The notes under the pieces were generated by a model. The model saw only the letters and a program-made list of their open reading frames with translations. It did not search any database and had not been told where the DNA came from. This document shows positions 23,359 to 38,465 of a DNA stretch of 64,000 nucleotides, piece by piece; the stretch's first letter is position 1; each line of letters opens with the position of its first letter. A program made the position numbers and the translations under genes. This DNA is from Catajapyx aquilonaris (Eukaryota): NCBI GenBank assembly GCA_000934665.2, contig KZ538469.1:1-64000 (forward strand), read 5' to 3'.

Positions 23359-26300
23359 TCTCCCCTAGCTCTCCCTTCTTTTCGTATCAGCATTCCAGGG
23401 CCACTGACACTCCGCCATCGAAATCGAAAGGATAACGAAACGAGGCCAATGGCGCTTGGGAAGTCACTGAACTTTATTTCAAAGCAGGTGCATTGCGAAA
23501 AATTGGATCCAAACATAACGCGGCACGCCTGGTATGGACCTCTAAGCAGGTTGGAATGTGTCTAACAGCAACTAATTCCATCGCATTAAGCACTAACTGC
23601 CTATATAGCAACCGAATGCCAACTTGTCCAATTGCAATTATTGCGAGTAAGTTCCGCTTAACAAATGCCCACAACACGATGCCAATTCGCAAAAATCGGC
23701 GAATTGGCTAGGCGTGACGTTGCCCCTATACACACCTATGGGAGGAGCCTATGCGCCAACTGGTAGTGGCATATCGTACTACGTTCAAGTGTGGGGCAGT
23801 GCTGCCAAATTTTCGGGGTTAACTAACTACTGCAGTTTAATTCGAATTTTGATATTATTAACCGATCACTATTTTTCCGTCCACTTTTTTTTTCTCCGAG
23901 AAACTTTTCAGTCTCCAGCAGCCTGGATGTTTACAAGTGCCCCATTGTTACCGAGAATCCCAGCCGTCTCCTTTTGTTTACATCCTCAGTTTTGTCATCT
24001 TCTGTGACGCTCGTTAAATTTGTGACAGCCCCCCCCCCCTCCAGTTTTTTTTTCTCTCTTCCTCGATTCCTTCCTTCTAAAATGGTGTTAGTCTGCGATC
24101 CTCTTTCTAACCCTCTGGCTGGATAAAATCCCCACGATCGCGTCCTAAACCCGGATCCGGAAGCTGCGTACACGGCTTGATCTGCATAACGAGGGGGTGT
24201 CCTCCTCCTCCTCCCCAGCACCCCCCCCACCCCCGGACACTGTCGAATTGATAGGAAACGGAAAATTAAGTGCCTTCTCCGCCTTCAATTAACATTCTAA
24301 CACCTCCATTTGTTCCGCCCAACAACTGTCAAGACCCTCATTAGACTATGGCTCCTTGAACCAACTAATGGAACGGGGACTAAAGCCCTTTTGTTCCTTA
24401 CTTTGCACCAACAAATTCATTAACAGGTGGGGGGTGGTGCCAGGTGGATGGGAAGTGACCCTATGGTGTCAACAAACAATAGCCAATATTTGAAAGAAAG
24501 AAAAAACTTCGATCCATTCTCGACCAAATGCAATGAAACAATTAGGTTGTACGCATTCCCTGGGAGTGATCGCATTGTAATCCTACTAACCCACTTGCTA
24601 CACTCTGGGAAATTGACAAAAAAAATAATAATAAAGACCAAGAACCTTTGAGCCAAAATGTGGTCCCACGATCTTGTCATAATTTATATTTTTATCTGGG
24701 CGAGAGTTCACGTACGGGACAAAAATGGTAAACTTTGCTCATTGCCACCATGTTATGGTAACTATTCCGGATGTACCTCAAAATAAGAACTAGGTCAATT
24801 TTTGGCGCAACCCCTTTTTACTGCCGGGTGTTAAGTGCCGCTTTCATACAAAATGAGTTTATTCTGCTTCAGCTCTCTATGCTTCACGAGATTTGTTTGG
24901 AGACAAAAAAAAATTGCAGTCCGCGGACTCAACCTTCAAAAATTTGTTCATTAATCACATTTAGACAAGAGTGCGGCGTGAGTTATGAATTGTTTACTCC
25001 AGCAATCCTGTTCAACAAATTGCTAGGGTGAACAATCCCCTGCTGATTTGTGAGACAAAAATCATTACAAGTTGATTGGTGTCACCTGGCTGGTGCAATT
25101 TAATCTGCACTGTACGTATATACACTGTATCACCTGTCTTGGAACCAATTACGGCGCAAGTTCTGGCAATTACTTTGCACCCGACAGAGGGTTATAGTTT
25201 ACACCAACTGTAGTACTGTGTCATAGAATCCCTTCCAGTGAAATACAATTTCACAGTTTGCGTATATTCTGTTTATTTGTACACTGTAGCCTACAGTGCA
25301 CTAATAGCTTTAGGAGAAGTTGGGCGATCTTGTTGCACCTGTTATATCTATAGCGAAATAAATCGTTTTACACGCAATTACGCCAGCAGGTGAATGAAAA
25401 CATACGTCACCTTGAATGTGCCTCTACTGATAATAAGCCGTGATTGTTGCGCAAATATTTTAAATAGCGGGAACAAAAACTAGCTCTTGCTCCGACGCAT
25501 ATTTTGAACAGCCTTGTAAAATTTACCTGCAAGCAATTCTCATATAGGAAAAACAATGTAACGCACTCCTACGATTTACATTCGCAAATGCTTCATGTAA
25601 GGATATGTCAGAACATTATTCTGTAACTTTGAAATGTAAATATGAATTGCTATTGTTATTATTCCTCCAGTTCACTTGAGATGAGAAGCACGTGTCTCCC
25701 CAAACTTCTTCCCAGCCTATCAGGTAATTATATGCAACCGGTGGCGCCCAAATTTCGCACTCGCCTGACCCTCGAGGTCAACCTCCGGGCCCTTAAGCTT
25801 CTTACAGGTCACTTAGCTACCTATAAGCACGAACACGGGATTCCAGTACGCGTGACTTACGCCACAAATGAGTATATTAAGTCCCCACTTCCCAGTCCTT
25901 CCTTTTTTTTTTGTTGCAACCAACGCACTTTACAAGGCACCCCTTCGAGATGGACACTATTGTTTGCTGTTTTCTTGCAGTACGTGATCGCAATGGAAGG
26001 ACGCCCCTAATGTGTTTTGACTCCACCTGTATTTTTTTTTACACTGGCAAGACTTTATGCTTCCTGGTTGTGCATACTGTCTACAACCCCGTTACAATTA
26101 CTCAAACACTGCGACTCATATTTCCTTTCCATTAATTGCATGCGACTGTTTGTACAATACCGAACGGATAAGTATCCTAGAGTTTAGCTCATTATGAAAC
26201 ACCTTGTACACACTACCTGTGCGCACATGCAGATGACACGATTCTCTTAACCGTTCTCAATACGAGCAGGTTCCACTGACCTACAAAATCACCTCCTTTT

Positions 26301-29300
26301 TTCTCTCTCTCGCTAAGTCTTTCTCTCCCCCCCTTAAAACGTAATGGCTCGAACGAGACCAACCTCAACTTTCGGACACTTTCTACACTAAACGGAAACT
26401 CCCCCCAAAAAGTTTCGTTGTAGGGGGAATTATCCCGGAGTCGTACTATCCTGACCTTCTCAACCGGCCAAGAGTGCTTCTCTTTTCAGTATACGTGTGA
26501 CCCAGGCTGGACCATGAAGCGACTAGTATGTCTAGCACGTGGTTGGGACTTATTTGTTTCACACCCATTGCACCCAAGCTGGTGTCCAACTCGTGGGAAA
26601 CCCGTGTGGGGGACACGTGCAGGCTCGTTTGTTTCATTCAATTGGGCTTGTGACTTTAGGGCTACAGCAATCACTGTACAGGGTGTGGCAAACTAGACTG
26701 GGGCTGAGTAATCGTTGCACAATTGCTGCCCTCATAGATACGAATTGCCTGGAAATACACCGGAATGAAAATCATGATCCGCATTATTAGCATGTAATTA
26801 GTCCTACTAAGCACTTTCGTACCAAAAACATGTCTAGCCAAGTGCATATATAACATTATCATACTGCATATTTGCTTGTGTCACATTCTAGGCTGTTTTG
26901 ACCTTGAGTTGAGACTATATAACTTATCAAGCTGTTGAGCTGATTCGCAGTATTAGGTTTCGTTCAGCAGCAAAAGGCAAACATGCAATTTGGAATATTT
27001 TAATCGAACCCGGACACATACTTCATACCCAGTTAAAAATATGGGGTTGAATTTTCGTCCCACTACTATAGTTACTGCTAACTGCACTGCCAGCTGTAAG
27101 TTAGCAGTGGGACACAAATTGCACCCATATAGCTATAATATTAGGCAGGTGAAAACTAATATTTATCTGATTCGGAAACAACTGCTGACAATGCTGCACT
27201 TGTCATACAGCCTTCATAATGAGGTGACCCACAGATGGTCACCATGGGAAAGCGCACGTTTTTCACAGTTTTCCCCCTCATTTCTGCCAATTCCTTTGAC
27301 CTGTCCTACTCCAAGAGAGCCCGGGTCACGTTTCGATCCGGTACCGCAAGATGGCACACACACATCCAACCAAACCTCTCCATACACACACTGCGAGGGT
27401 CCGGAAATCATGTCATCCTTCAGGCACGCGAGCATCTGCTATTATTACAATTTTTTGTTGCAAGTCAGAGGTGACGTCACGTTCATTGGTTTGAAGCAAT
27501 GGTAGACTTGGGATGTTGACAACTCAACAAGTGCAGCCAAAAAGGCGAAGCTTTGGGCTTATGAAAAAAAAAAGGGGGTTACACCATCCATTCCCATCCC
27601 CTTAGGAAATCTGGCACACTTCCCACACTCTCGCCGATCGTTTACACTATACTTTTTGTACCTGCACGTACACACTATTGCTATGTACTATTTTGTGACG
27701 TCACTTATTGTCACATGTATCCGCCATATTCCTATATCCATTTTGTAGTTTTATAGCTGGTTAGAATGGTGCTGTATAAAACTTTGAGAGGGTGGGTCTC
27801 TATTGTGATGATCAGTTGGTCCGGTGGTTTGGGTCGTTCACTCGGCGAGGTCAAGCCGGTGGATTTTTGTCGAGCCTTCGAAGAGATGAACGCGGCTCGA
27901 GTGCCACAACCCGCATGTTTAGAGCAGAAAAATATACATGGGGCGACCGAAGAGAGGGTTATTTGTAGGCCGTAAAACCTCGCTCTGAAATATAGCGAGT
28001 CCTTCAAAGATGGCTGGGGAGGAATTATGTAAGGGCTGCCAAATCTAACCTAAATGACCATATCGAGTGAAGTTAAGGACATGGCATGAAATATTGCCCG
28101 CTTTTGTTTTTAAATTCCCCCCCTGAACATAACCCACGGTAAAAAAAGTACTGTAAACGGGACAGCACATAGCGCATTCAAGTAACGCCAGGCTACATTT
28201 TCTCACTGCAGTTACCACCGACTTTCAAGTGCTGGCGACGCCTCTCTCCGGCAGTTTACTTTCCACGGCCCTTTTCTGTGCAGTCGGGGTGACCAAGGGA
28301 AATCCTCTAGAGACAGAGGCCAGAAGTAAGTGGGCGGCGTCGGTCGAGTTTGGACGCCGTCGCGGAATAAAATCGAATTTAGGCAAAGAGGGAGAGAGAG
28401 AGAGTAGAACTTCAAGAGGCACCAACGTCGCCGCTTCCTAACGCGACTATTACCAAGTGAAGCTCCAGACAATTTTGTTTACCCCTAAGTACTTTAGGTT
28501 CAAGTTTCAGCTCATTACCACACAGTTTAACTACACGGTTAAGCTCCATATAAATACGGTTTAATCCAGATTTCAAACTGGCATCTTGATATGTCGATAT
28601 TCATGGGTGGTCATATGAGTGATATATCGATATTCATGGGTGGTCATATGAGTTCGATATTCATTCCACGATATAAATGGGTGGTAACAAATGTCAAATA
28701 TCGAGATTTATTCCACGATATATCGATATTAATGGGTGGTCATAAGTGATATATCGATATCTATTCCACGATATATCGATATTCGTGGATGGTCATATAG
28801 CGATATATCGAGTCACGGATAGTCATGATACATCGATATTTATTCCACGATATATCGATGGGTATAGTAAAAAAATTCACATCGATATTAATTCTACAAT
28901 ATATCGATATTAAGGTGTAGTAACAAAGTTCAAATATCGATATTTATTCCACGATATATCGATATTCATGGGTACACCATGGGCCCCGCAATGAGCATCG
29001 ATGTCGTTCAGGCTCGTTTCAGGGCCTGATCCGGATCTAGCTGGAGACATACGCTCAGGATATGGTTTGACACCGCTGAGCCTAGATCTAATAAACCTCT
29101 GCCACACACAAAGCGGCCCTTGTACTGCTTCTAACCGGCAGGTGGGTAACCCCTGTCCCAACTCCCTCGAGAGAGGGAGAAAGAAGAGGGGAGGGGGGGG
29201 GGGGGNNNNNNNNNNNNNNNNNNNNNNNNNNNNNNNNNNNNNNNNNNNNNNNNNNNNNNNNNNNNNNNNNNNNNNNNNNNNNNNNNNNNNNNNNGGGGGG

Positions 29301-32300
29301 GGGGTGTACAAGAGAATACGATAAAATTGATTTTCGAAGAACCAACTACAACTGTTCCTGTGCAAAATTCATTACGTTGATACATGGGAGCTAATACCAA
29401 CTAAATTGAGAAGAAAGGATTGGAAGAGCGGAGAGGGGAGGGAGGGGGGAAAAAATTTGCCGCCCTTTTTGTGACGAATTATCCAATAGTTTGGAAAATC
29501 TGTTTGGAGACCACTTATCGCGCCACCTGTGCGGCAATCTCAATTACGCTATTTCCAATAAAACCAGTTTTTTTTTCTTCCCCGGCGTCTCTTTCAGAGC
29601 AACCAGCCAAAGGCGCATTCGATCATCTGTGTGATTGGTACCAACCAAGTAGAAGCCTATAGATAAGAGGCTTATCTGGCACAATCTGTCAAGAATCTGT
29701 CCTATCCACTCGCTGGTGCATTGATGTCATTAACCTGAGTCATGTTAAGTCAGCGCCTAATATGATATAATTATTCAGAATATTAAAGACAACGAGTTGC
29801 CGCAATGTACGCGACATTTATTTATCACCCATAATAAAAATAGCCACACCCGAGCAGTTGACCTATAAGTTGACCTTCCCAGAAAATAATCTAGAACTAT
29901 ATCAGGCCATTTTCCGGTGAAAGAGGATGGGGGTGCACACGTACGCAGTTTACTCAATACATAAGTTATGGACGTTTTAAAAAAGAGTGTAGGTGGACGT
30001 CCCCATTCATCCGAAACCGCTGAAAACCAGTGTCAACCGGATGTACACCATGCTTGAATAAATAACCTAAACTGCCACTAACATTGAGCAAAAATTTGAG
30101 CACCTAACTTTTACCGCACCAAAAATCGACAATTCTGGTACGATGTTAATGTATCCAGTAGTTTACTAGTTGGTCAGCTTTTTTTTTTACAGGTCGGATT
30201 ACCAGAAGTTGCGGACTTCATTGGATGCCCTGAGGATAAGCCGCTTATCCCATTATCGACATATTTCGTTGTAGGCTCATCCCTCCCCGTGTAGTCACAT
30301 CCGAGCAAGTGACTAATAATTACTAATAATGGCGAATACATTAATATTAATTACACCCGCAGCATTTGGTAGCAATACATTACTATTCCAGCTTTCAGCA
30401 CCCAGGTCATATTTTACGACCGGGTATCAGTAATTTACGTCATGTCCAATTTACAATGGGCAACCAATAGCTCCCTAACATTACGAGCCCCCAGTTGATC
30501 AATCGCCACTAACTTTTACTTGCTTAAAAACGCTCCAGTTAATTTCCAGCGCTCCGGAGATTTTTTTCCCCAGATAAAACTATTCCATTTCATCATCACA
30601 AATCCGGAGAAACCAGGCCGCAATTTCTCCCCTTGCTTTTCCTTTTTACGCAAGGAACTTCCCACAATTATATTTACCAAAAAAAAAAAACATTTACACA
30701 ATATTTTTTGTTTATTTTTTAAATACAAAATATTGTGTCCAGCACGCGTTTGGCTGAAACAAGTCCTAACCTATCAACAGCGACGGTTCGTGTCTTGATA
30801 TACTCAGCACTGGCACCAACAGGGAGAAGCCTATTTGCATTTAGATGGGAAAGTAGATGCCACGAGTTCGTGGGAGGAAGAACACCGAAAAAAAAAAACG
30901 AGATAAGTTTTTTTTCTCTCTCTCCCTCCCCCCACCCCTGTCTCAATATACCAGGATAATATTATCCTGAGGGAAGGATATGAACGGGTTATTGTATTCC
31001 GAGTGTCATATTGACTGATCAGATGCTAGCTTAAATGATGCTGGATGGGGAGACTTTTTTTTTCTTCAATATGGACGTCCACATGTCGTGACATTTACAC
31101 AGGTTTTTATCGATATCTGGCCAGATTCCTTCCACACATCATCGCAATGCATTATACCAACTACTTGCTCAATCCATTTGGCACCCAGTAATAAAAACCC
31201 GTCCACCAGTTGACGAAACGATAAGAGGGCATGGAGGGAGAGACTGGCTGGCCATTGCCACATCTCCCCAAGGACAAAAGCACTAGGGGATTTAAAAAAA
31301 AACTATACCCGAGGGCCCTAAAACAAACTTGAATAGTAACGTCCAATACGGTACCTTAGGCATGGTGGTGTTTCGGGCACCACTGGTCTGTCGGAAATCA
31401 CGCTGTACATCAGGGTGCGAAATGTGCTGTTCCTGAAGCAAGAAACAGTGTAAACAGTATGTACAGCAGGACTCGAAAAAAAAGGGCCAATGACCTCCGG
31501 CGGCTGCTTTATAAAAAAAATTGTGAGGAGGGAGAGAACGTTTTCAAGCTCCGCTCCATTACGTCCGGTAATTACTGTGACCTTCATGACCCTATCGCAA
31601 AGAGACATGTTTTCGCATGTTGGCCCCTACTCAACTCGACATAGGTTGGGGTAGATATTATCCTTTTTCTCATTCCACCCTACTTTTGCCCGGGCCTTCC
31701 TCGTTCAACGTCCGCGTCAAATCACCTGTTTCCTCCGGAGCTCTCCACTGTGACCTTCTTTTTCTATTTCCCTCAGTTTTAGACTTGGAACCTCCATGGA
31801 AACTCTAACCCACTTTTCCCTAATTCCTCATCCATTTTTTTCTCTCTCTCTCTCTCTCCAGCTCTTCTCACCGGTCCTCTTCTATTTTTTTTTCTCTATC
31901 CTTCTGAACCCTACCCATCTCTTATCTGGAGGAGTAAATCACGGGGAGGGTTGACGGCCCACAAAGTCAAAAGATTGCTTGGGTCCGAGATGATAAGCCT
32001 GGTGTCAGCTCGTTCCGGACATGGGTCTCTTCCTCCATGGACCAGAGAGTTTCTCTTTTCGCTCGTACTTTTTTTTTTTTCTTCCTTCTTCCCAATACGT
32101 TCTTGAGTGTTGGTCTCGTGTTTCTGTTAAGTTTTTTTGAGCTGCAATTTGCCCCGAGGCTCAAGACGTGATTCAAAATTGGGACAAACTCCACGTGGGA
32201 GTAGGACCATCATTATGTAACATTTATTACTCAGAAGAAGAAAGAAATGGGTTGCATTTTCTCCAACCATCAACTATCCAACTTTATTTCCCTAAAGAAG

Positions 32301-35300
32301 CACAGCCTATAACAATTTGTCATATTATATTAAAATTTATTCCCACGTGCCCACAACCGTGAGCTCCGTCCCATTAACTATTCAAGATCCGCCTTCGCTT
32401 TATTTCCATTCCCAGACGTTTGGTATTCGGTATAACTTCAGCTCCAACCAACACACAAAAAAATCCAGGTCAGTTTCCAACTTCTAGGTTGTGTCAATAT
32501 TGCTTCTGAAATGACGTCACCTAACCCCCCCACCTTCCATTTTGTACACCCCACCCCAAATTACACCGCTTTCAACACCACCCATACCCCTTATCGATAG
32601 CCCTACGAGTCATCTGTGTCCCCAACATGTCAACCTCCCCCCAAAAAGTGGGTCACGGACTATCCAAAAATTAGGCCAGCTCTATTTAGCACCCCCCATC
32701 GATGACCCTGCAGATACACACCTTATTCGCCTATAAAAAGGGCACCAAAAAAATCACATTTTCTTTCTCCCACAGGAAATCCACGGAATCCTCTAAGCCG
32801 ATTTGTCATCTCCAATCCGACTGGATTTGTCTCTTGCAAAATGCACTGGGACGTACGGTCCGAGCCTATAGCTGGCCAACGAGGACATTTGTTGTTGTTT
32901 TTTTTTCACACATCCTGCCAACTTAATTAGTCCAAACGCTATTCCGCAAATAGTGAAGCACGTGGGCGGCAGTTTGGGCGGGAAAAGAGAGCGCATGGCC
33001 ACAGAATCCGAGGCGCGTGGCGCAGTTTTCGATCGACTTTGAGCCGACTATATATACACACAGATGACTATATTGGAAACTGGGTAGGGGGGGGGGGGGG
33101 ANTGTGTAGCATTCCCCACTTTCCAATAAAATAAAACGATGTGGAGAAAACCGAATTCCATCTCATTACGATTTCCAAGATATTGACAGATAAACGGATC
33201 TTGCAGCTCGAAAATTTTCTCTCTTTGGAAAAGCAATCAGTCGCCCTCAGACAAGCTAGCAGCCGGATGAGATCCTTTAGCTGTAACTACCAACTTCCTG
33301 TTTCAAAAAGCCAGGTTAGAAGGGAGGGGATTTTTCGATTCCCGATAATACCGATGTTACCCGAATTTCAGGGGTGGTTGTATATATACTCCGCAAAAAT
33401 CAGTTCGCTTTTTTTTTTTCGGGGGGTAGACCTCCATCCTCTCTATGGGGGCGGCCGGCCTAGATGGCGCCAAACAAAAGCCCGAGCGCCATTTGGGAGC
33501 TTTTACTACATTCGGAGCTTCATTAAACGTGGCGACCAATGGCGTGCAAAATGGACACTGCGGTCATGACCATACAACCCAACTCTTTGCCTCTACTGAT
33601 GGACAACACATCTTTGCAGGATGCTGCCACATTGTGTCCGATCCAATCACTAGTTCCACAAATATCGTTAAAAAACACAGTTTGTTATTATAAGGCAGGC
33701 AGACTTGTAACCCTACCCCCACAATGCGCGATAAAAAAATTGTACTTTTTTAACATCAAGAGCCGGGTCAGTGTCCTGCAATCCTGACATTACCACCTTG
33801 TATTCAATGAGGTTTTGAGTAACACAAGACGTTGCGTACAATGCACTCCCCGCGGTCACCAAGGTCACATTCCGACGCACAACTGGTCCGCTCTCGAATC
33901 GTCTCGCACACTAATTTTTTTTTCTCCTCCCCTTACACTTTTAAAATCCCCCCAACCAACTTTGTGGCTGACTGTACTCTAGACAAGTTTCCCCCAGCAC
34001 CTTATCTCCCCCCCGAACTTGTTCCAGGGAGCATCCAGACGCCAAAGTAATGCACTCGGCACAACCAGACCCATACATCACCCCCCCNCCCCCCTACGGA
34101 AACCGACAATTTGAACCCATTTTTCAACCGCATGCAATATCCTCCCTAGAAAAATATTTCTCACATACTACCGGGGTTCAAATCTGAAAAAAATATATAT
34201 AACGAAATGCGCAACCACATAGGACCACCCCAAGGCCGACCGGCCATTTGAATGGAGGTGAGGGGGTGGGGGGTTTCTGCTAATTATAGACTATCACTGC
34301 GTAACTGCTTGCGAATGTCGCGCACAAACCACCTGGCTTCCAAGGCTGCAGTTTCTTGAATCATTCCACACTTTTTAAGAAATGTGTCAAAATTTGGCAT
34401 ATTGGCAGCCTCACATATGAGAGTCTATAAAAGCAGTTCTTAATAGTAGCAGCCCCGTTCCTCCCTTGTGAGCCTTGTATAAACGAGCTGGATCCTACCC
34501 CCAGATCCTCAGATTCACTTGCCATCATGGCTGCGAATATCAAGTGACCCATAAATCGTTCAGCAAAACTTACCCCTACCGAAAAAAACTTTTTTTTAGC
34601 AACCTTGACCCCATCGGTACCCTCCATTCATTAGCCAATGAAGTGATTCCCCCTCCTACATATTAACCCTTTATAACACCCACCCTTTCATAGCGATTAG
34701 AGGACAAGATCTCTCTACCCCCCTCCGCTATACCTTCCGCTAAATTCAGCTTTTATTATGCAGGCTACTCCTTTGTCCCCTTTGTTTCCCTAAAATCCAT
34801 CGTTAAGTCCTTCCTAGAGAAGCTTTACTTCCTTGGAAGATTCAATATTCTTGGGACCCCCGTATTTTCTGCTAGGCTGATAATGTAAATGAGATGCCCC
34901 TCCAACAAACCCCAGATGACTTTTATTCACTCCCTTCGAAATCCCTTTTTTTTCTTGTAGAATAAAATATTGTGCCTACGATGTGGCAACTTTGCGGTCC
35001 CTTATACGCACCACCTGCCCTCACGGGGGCCATTCAATCCCCGCTTTTGTTCCGCCGAGGTGACATTTGATGCCCATGCTTCTAATTTTCTGAGGGGAGG
35101 GCGGTTGGAAACAGCCTACAAAATATATATATTTTTTTGTAAACACACCATAGCTGAGTCTGCTGAAAAATCAAAGTGGACCGATAATCGATTGCGTGCT
35201 GAATTTCCTAATGAATTCGGTCCAAACAGGCGCAACGAATTAATAAACGGGGGGGAGGGGGGGGGGCTAATCAGCAAAATATTTTTTTTTGCACATATGT

Positions 35301-37216
35301 AGGAAGTGGAGACCGATAATTCGATCGAAGGTGACCGCATTCTTTTGTACTGACCCCACCCCTATGACTCGGGGTCACCCATGCCTTGAGACGATCACGA
35401 TTTTAATCTCGTTCGAAGGAAACGTCGCAGGGCAGATATTTCAACTAACCAGCTCAACCTTGGCCTTGTGTACAACTTTACTTTGTGCCAACATGCGCCG
35501 CTTTTTTTTTTAAATTTGAAGATAAAAAAATTAGGGGAGCTGGAACCAGCCTTTTGGCAACCCCGCAAATCATTTCCTTGGTAGGGGAGAAGGGCCCACT
35601 TTTTTTGTTTTTTTGGGGGGCTGCAGACCGTTCGCTGGGCCAAGGATTCATCTCCTCTCAACCTCCATACTAAAACTCACATCCTCCACCAGCCTAGACT
35701 CATGTCAATGACCGATATTAATACATCCACATTAATCCCAAAAAAACGGAGGGAAAACCAATCAACCAGAAGCAAACACCCGTTTTCTTGCCAGAAACCG
35801 ATGAAATTCGTTGCGTGTACCTTTGCTTTTCAAAATTAATCAATACGTTGCTTGATGAACTGCACTGGCAGGTAATTTGATCGGATCTGGTTGCTGCCAC
35901 GTGAAGCAATAAGGCGCTATCAATGGAACACCCCCCTCCCAACCCCTCTCCGGAGTAAATAACGCATCATGAAGCCAGTGCAGCACAAAAGACTGACCTC
36001 CTCAAAGCCATGTTAATGAGCGCCCAAACTCATTTTCTCCTTTTCCGCAATCGTGATGAGTTCGAAAGAAATCGGCCCCCATTCAAATCATCTATTTATA
36101 CCGAACCCCCCGAAAAATTCCCCTTCTCGAAATGTATTTAAAATTCTAAGACCTTGCCGAAATTAATCGAATTACCCGCCTTTTTTCGAAAAGAAGAAAA
36201 AAAAAGCTTTCCTCAACTTAATTGGTATCTTGAATTAATTTGAATACTTTTTCAAGCTCGGACCGAAATTCACACTCGCAGTTTTTTTTCCACTCAACTC
36301 CCTTTCAAAAAAGTACAGTGCAATTGAGCAACTGATGAATTACATCACGACTCCGAACTTTTACCACGCGAGCTATTCGGGATAAGAGCGACATTGCCCC
36401 GTTGCAATTTGTGGACCGTCGTTTTTGGGGTCATACACGCACTGAGAATTGCTCAATAAAAATGCCTTCTCCTCACCGGACACTTTTAACGAACGTTTTT
36501 TTTTTTTTAAATACAAAAAAAAACCTGCCTCCCTTTCGCTTCGCCTTATTCACCGTGACACCATTTACTGTACGTGACGGTACGTGAGCGGTTTTATATT
36601 TTTCGGATGGTTCGATGGTACAGTAAAAAAAACAAATGGCAAAATTCGTTGGGGTTGACGTCTCGAGCAGACAAGGTTCTAACAGGGTTGCAATCACCAG
36701 AGGTCATCTGTGGTTCCCCCCCCCCCTCCCACTGGCTTGACCACCCACGGCAGGCCTTGCAGGATACTTTACTAACCCTTAGTGCGGACGTAAATCTGCC
36801 GCGGTATATCAGTCGGCTTAAAAAAAAATGTCATGCAACATGCACGAAATGTCTGCCGCTTTTGCAAGCCATTGACAAGCGTGTCACTACCGGGGTTGTG
36901 GCTACTTGATTACTGACCTGCAGTCCTTGGGTGCCTTGTGAGATCTGCATCTGTTGGGACTGGCTGATCTGCAGGGTGGTGGTGGTGGTGGTTGAAGGTT
37001 GGCCCCTGCCCCTGGACGAGTTGGCCCCGGTGAACTGCCCCATCCCGGGCCCGGCTTGGGGTAAAGGGGCCGGCCCGCGGGCCAGGTACTGCCCTTGCAT
37101 TTGGTTGCCGTTCATGGGACTGCCGTGGTTCGGCATCGGTGAGCTGCTGTTGAAGTTGCTGTACGGAGGCTTACCAGTGCCGTACCCCATCATGGCCGGG
37201 TTGTTCTGCTTCTGCG

Positions 37217-37247
<31 letters not shown>

Positions 37248-38429
37248 TGGCTGCTGAGCTGGTTGCTGCTGCTGCTGTTGTTGTTGTTGTTGTTGCTGCT
37301 GCTGCTGTTGCAGTTGCATCTGGTGTAGCGCCTGTTGCCTCTTCTGGAGCTCCAGATTGCTGTAGCCTGGCTGGTTACCAAACATGGGCTCCTGCTTCAT
37401 CACCGGCGAGTTCAGCTCTCCCTGACTGTTGTACCCGGACATGGGTAAGCTGCCCGCGTTGTTTTTGGCTATGAAAGTGTTGTTGGCCGGCGTGGGAATG
37501 TAGTCGTTGTTGGAGAAACCAAACTCCCCGAATGGCGACCTGGCATTCGGGGGCGCCCCGGGGCTGAACGTAATGCCCAACTGCTGGGCCTTATGTTGAT
37601 GCTGCTCGGCCATCTGCTTCAGCGTCTGGGCCGCGGGGCTGTCCAGCCCCAGCCCCGGAGAGAAGGGCATGCGTGACCCCGGAATGGCCGCTTTGCCCAT
37701 ACCCGGGGCCATAGTGTTGATCCCGCCCATGGCCGGAGTCGCACTGGGGTCGAACATGGACGCGGGTGAGTACTGCTGGTTCAACGGACCAGGCAGCGGG
37801 CTAGTACCTGCCCCACCCCCGCACGAGTTTTTGGCAATGTCCAGTATGGCCAGGTCCTTACTGTCGCAGGGTTCCACTTTGGTTTTGCTGATAGCGCAAG
37901 AAGACGGCGCGGTTGTGACCGGGCTGGACGCGGCCGGAAGCGACAACGACTCCACGCTCTTTTCGTCCGGAAAGTCTATGAAATCCGGGTTCAGATCCTG
38001 GATCTCGCAGATGAGCTCCTTCAACGTGTCTGCGTTGATGATCTCATCGTTGGAGTCGTCCCCTATCAGGTCGGACAGACCAGGGAAGTCCCCGTTGGCA
38101 GCCGCGTCCTTCTCCAGAGCTGCCGCGCACTGTTCCAAGTCCACGAACTCCGAGTCCGGCAGCTCCTGCTTGCATTTCAGCAAGGGTCCCACGTCCGACG
38201 GACCCGCACTCGCACCCGTACCGGCCGCACTGGTACCACTTATGTCACACCCGTTGTTCTTACCGGCTGACGGGGCAGGCGAAGGTGAGCTGCCCCGTTT
38301 GACAGCAGCGTTGGTCAGCGTCTTTACAGTCACATTGGTGCTTATCTGCTGCGGTTGAGATGTCGATGTGAACTCCAGCTGCTGCACGATTTCCACCGAG
38401 AATTTGGTGGTCAAGCTCTCGTTCGACTT

Positions 38430-38465
<36 letters not shown>

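Noticed and set aside
28586..28975. CRISPR-like appearance of the repeat-spacer array
   Set aside because: The context is a eukaryotic intron, the spacers are repeated rather than unique, the period is irregular, and there are no cas genes.
29190..29304. Long poly-G/poly-C runs with N (also 19976, 33102, 34088, 41308, 51698) as G-quadruplex elements
   Set aside because: They coincide with assembly gaps or ambiguous bases, so their length and sequence are unreliable.
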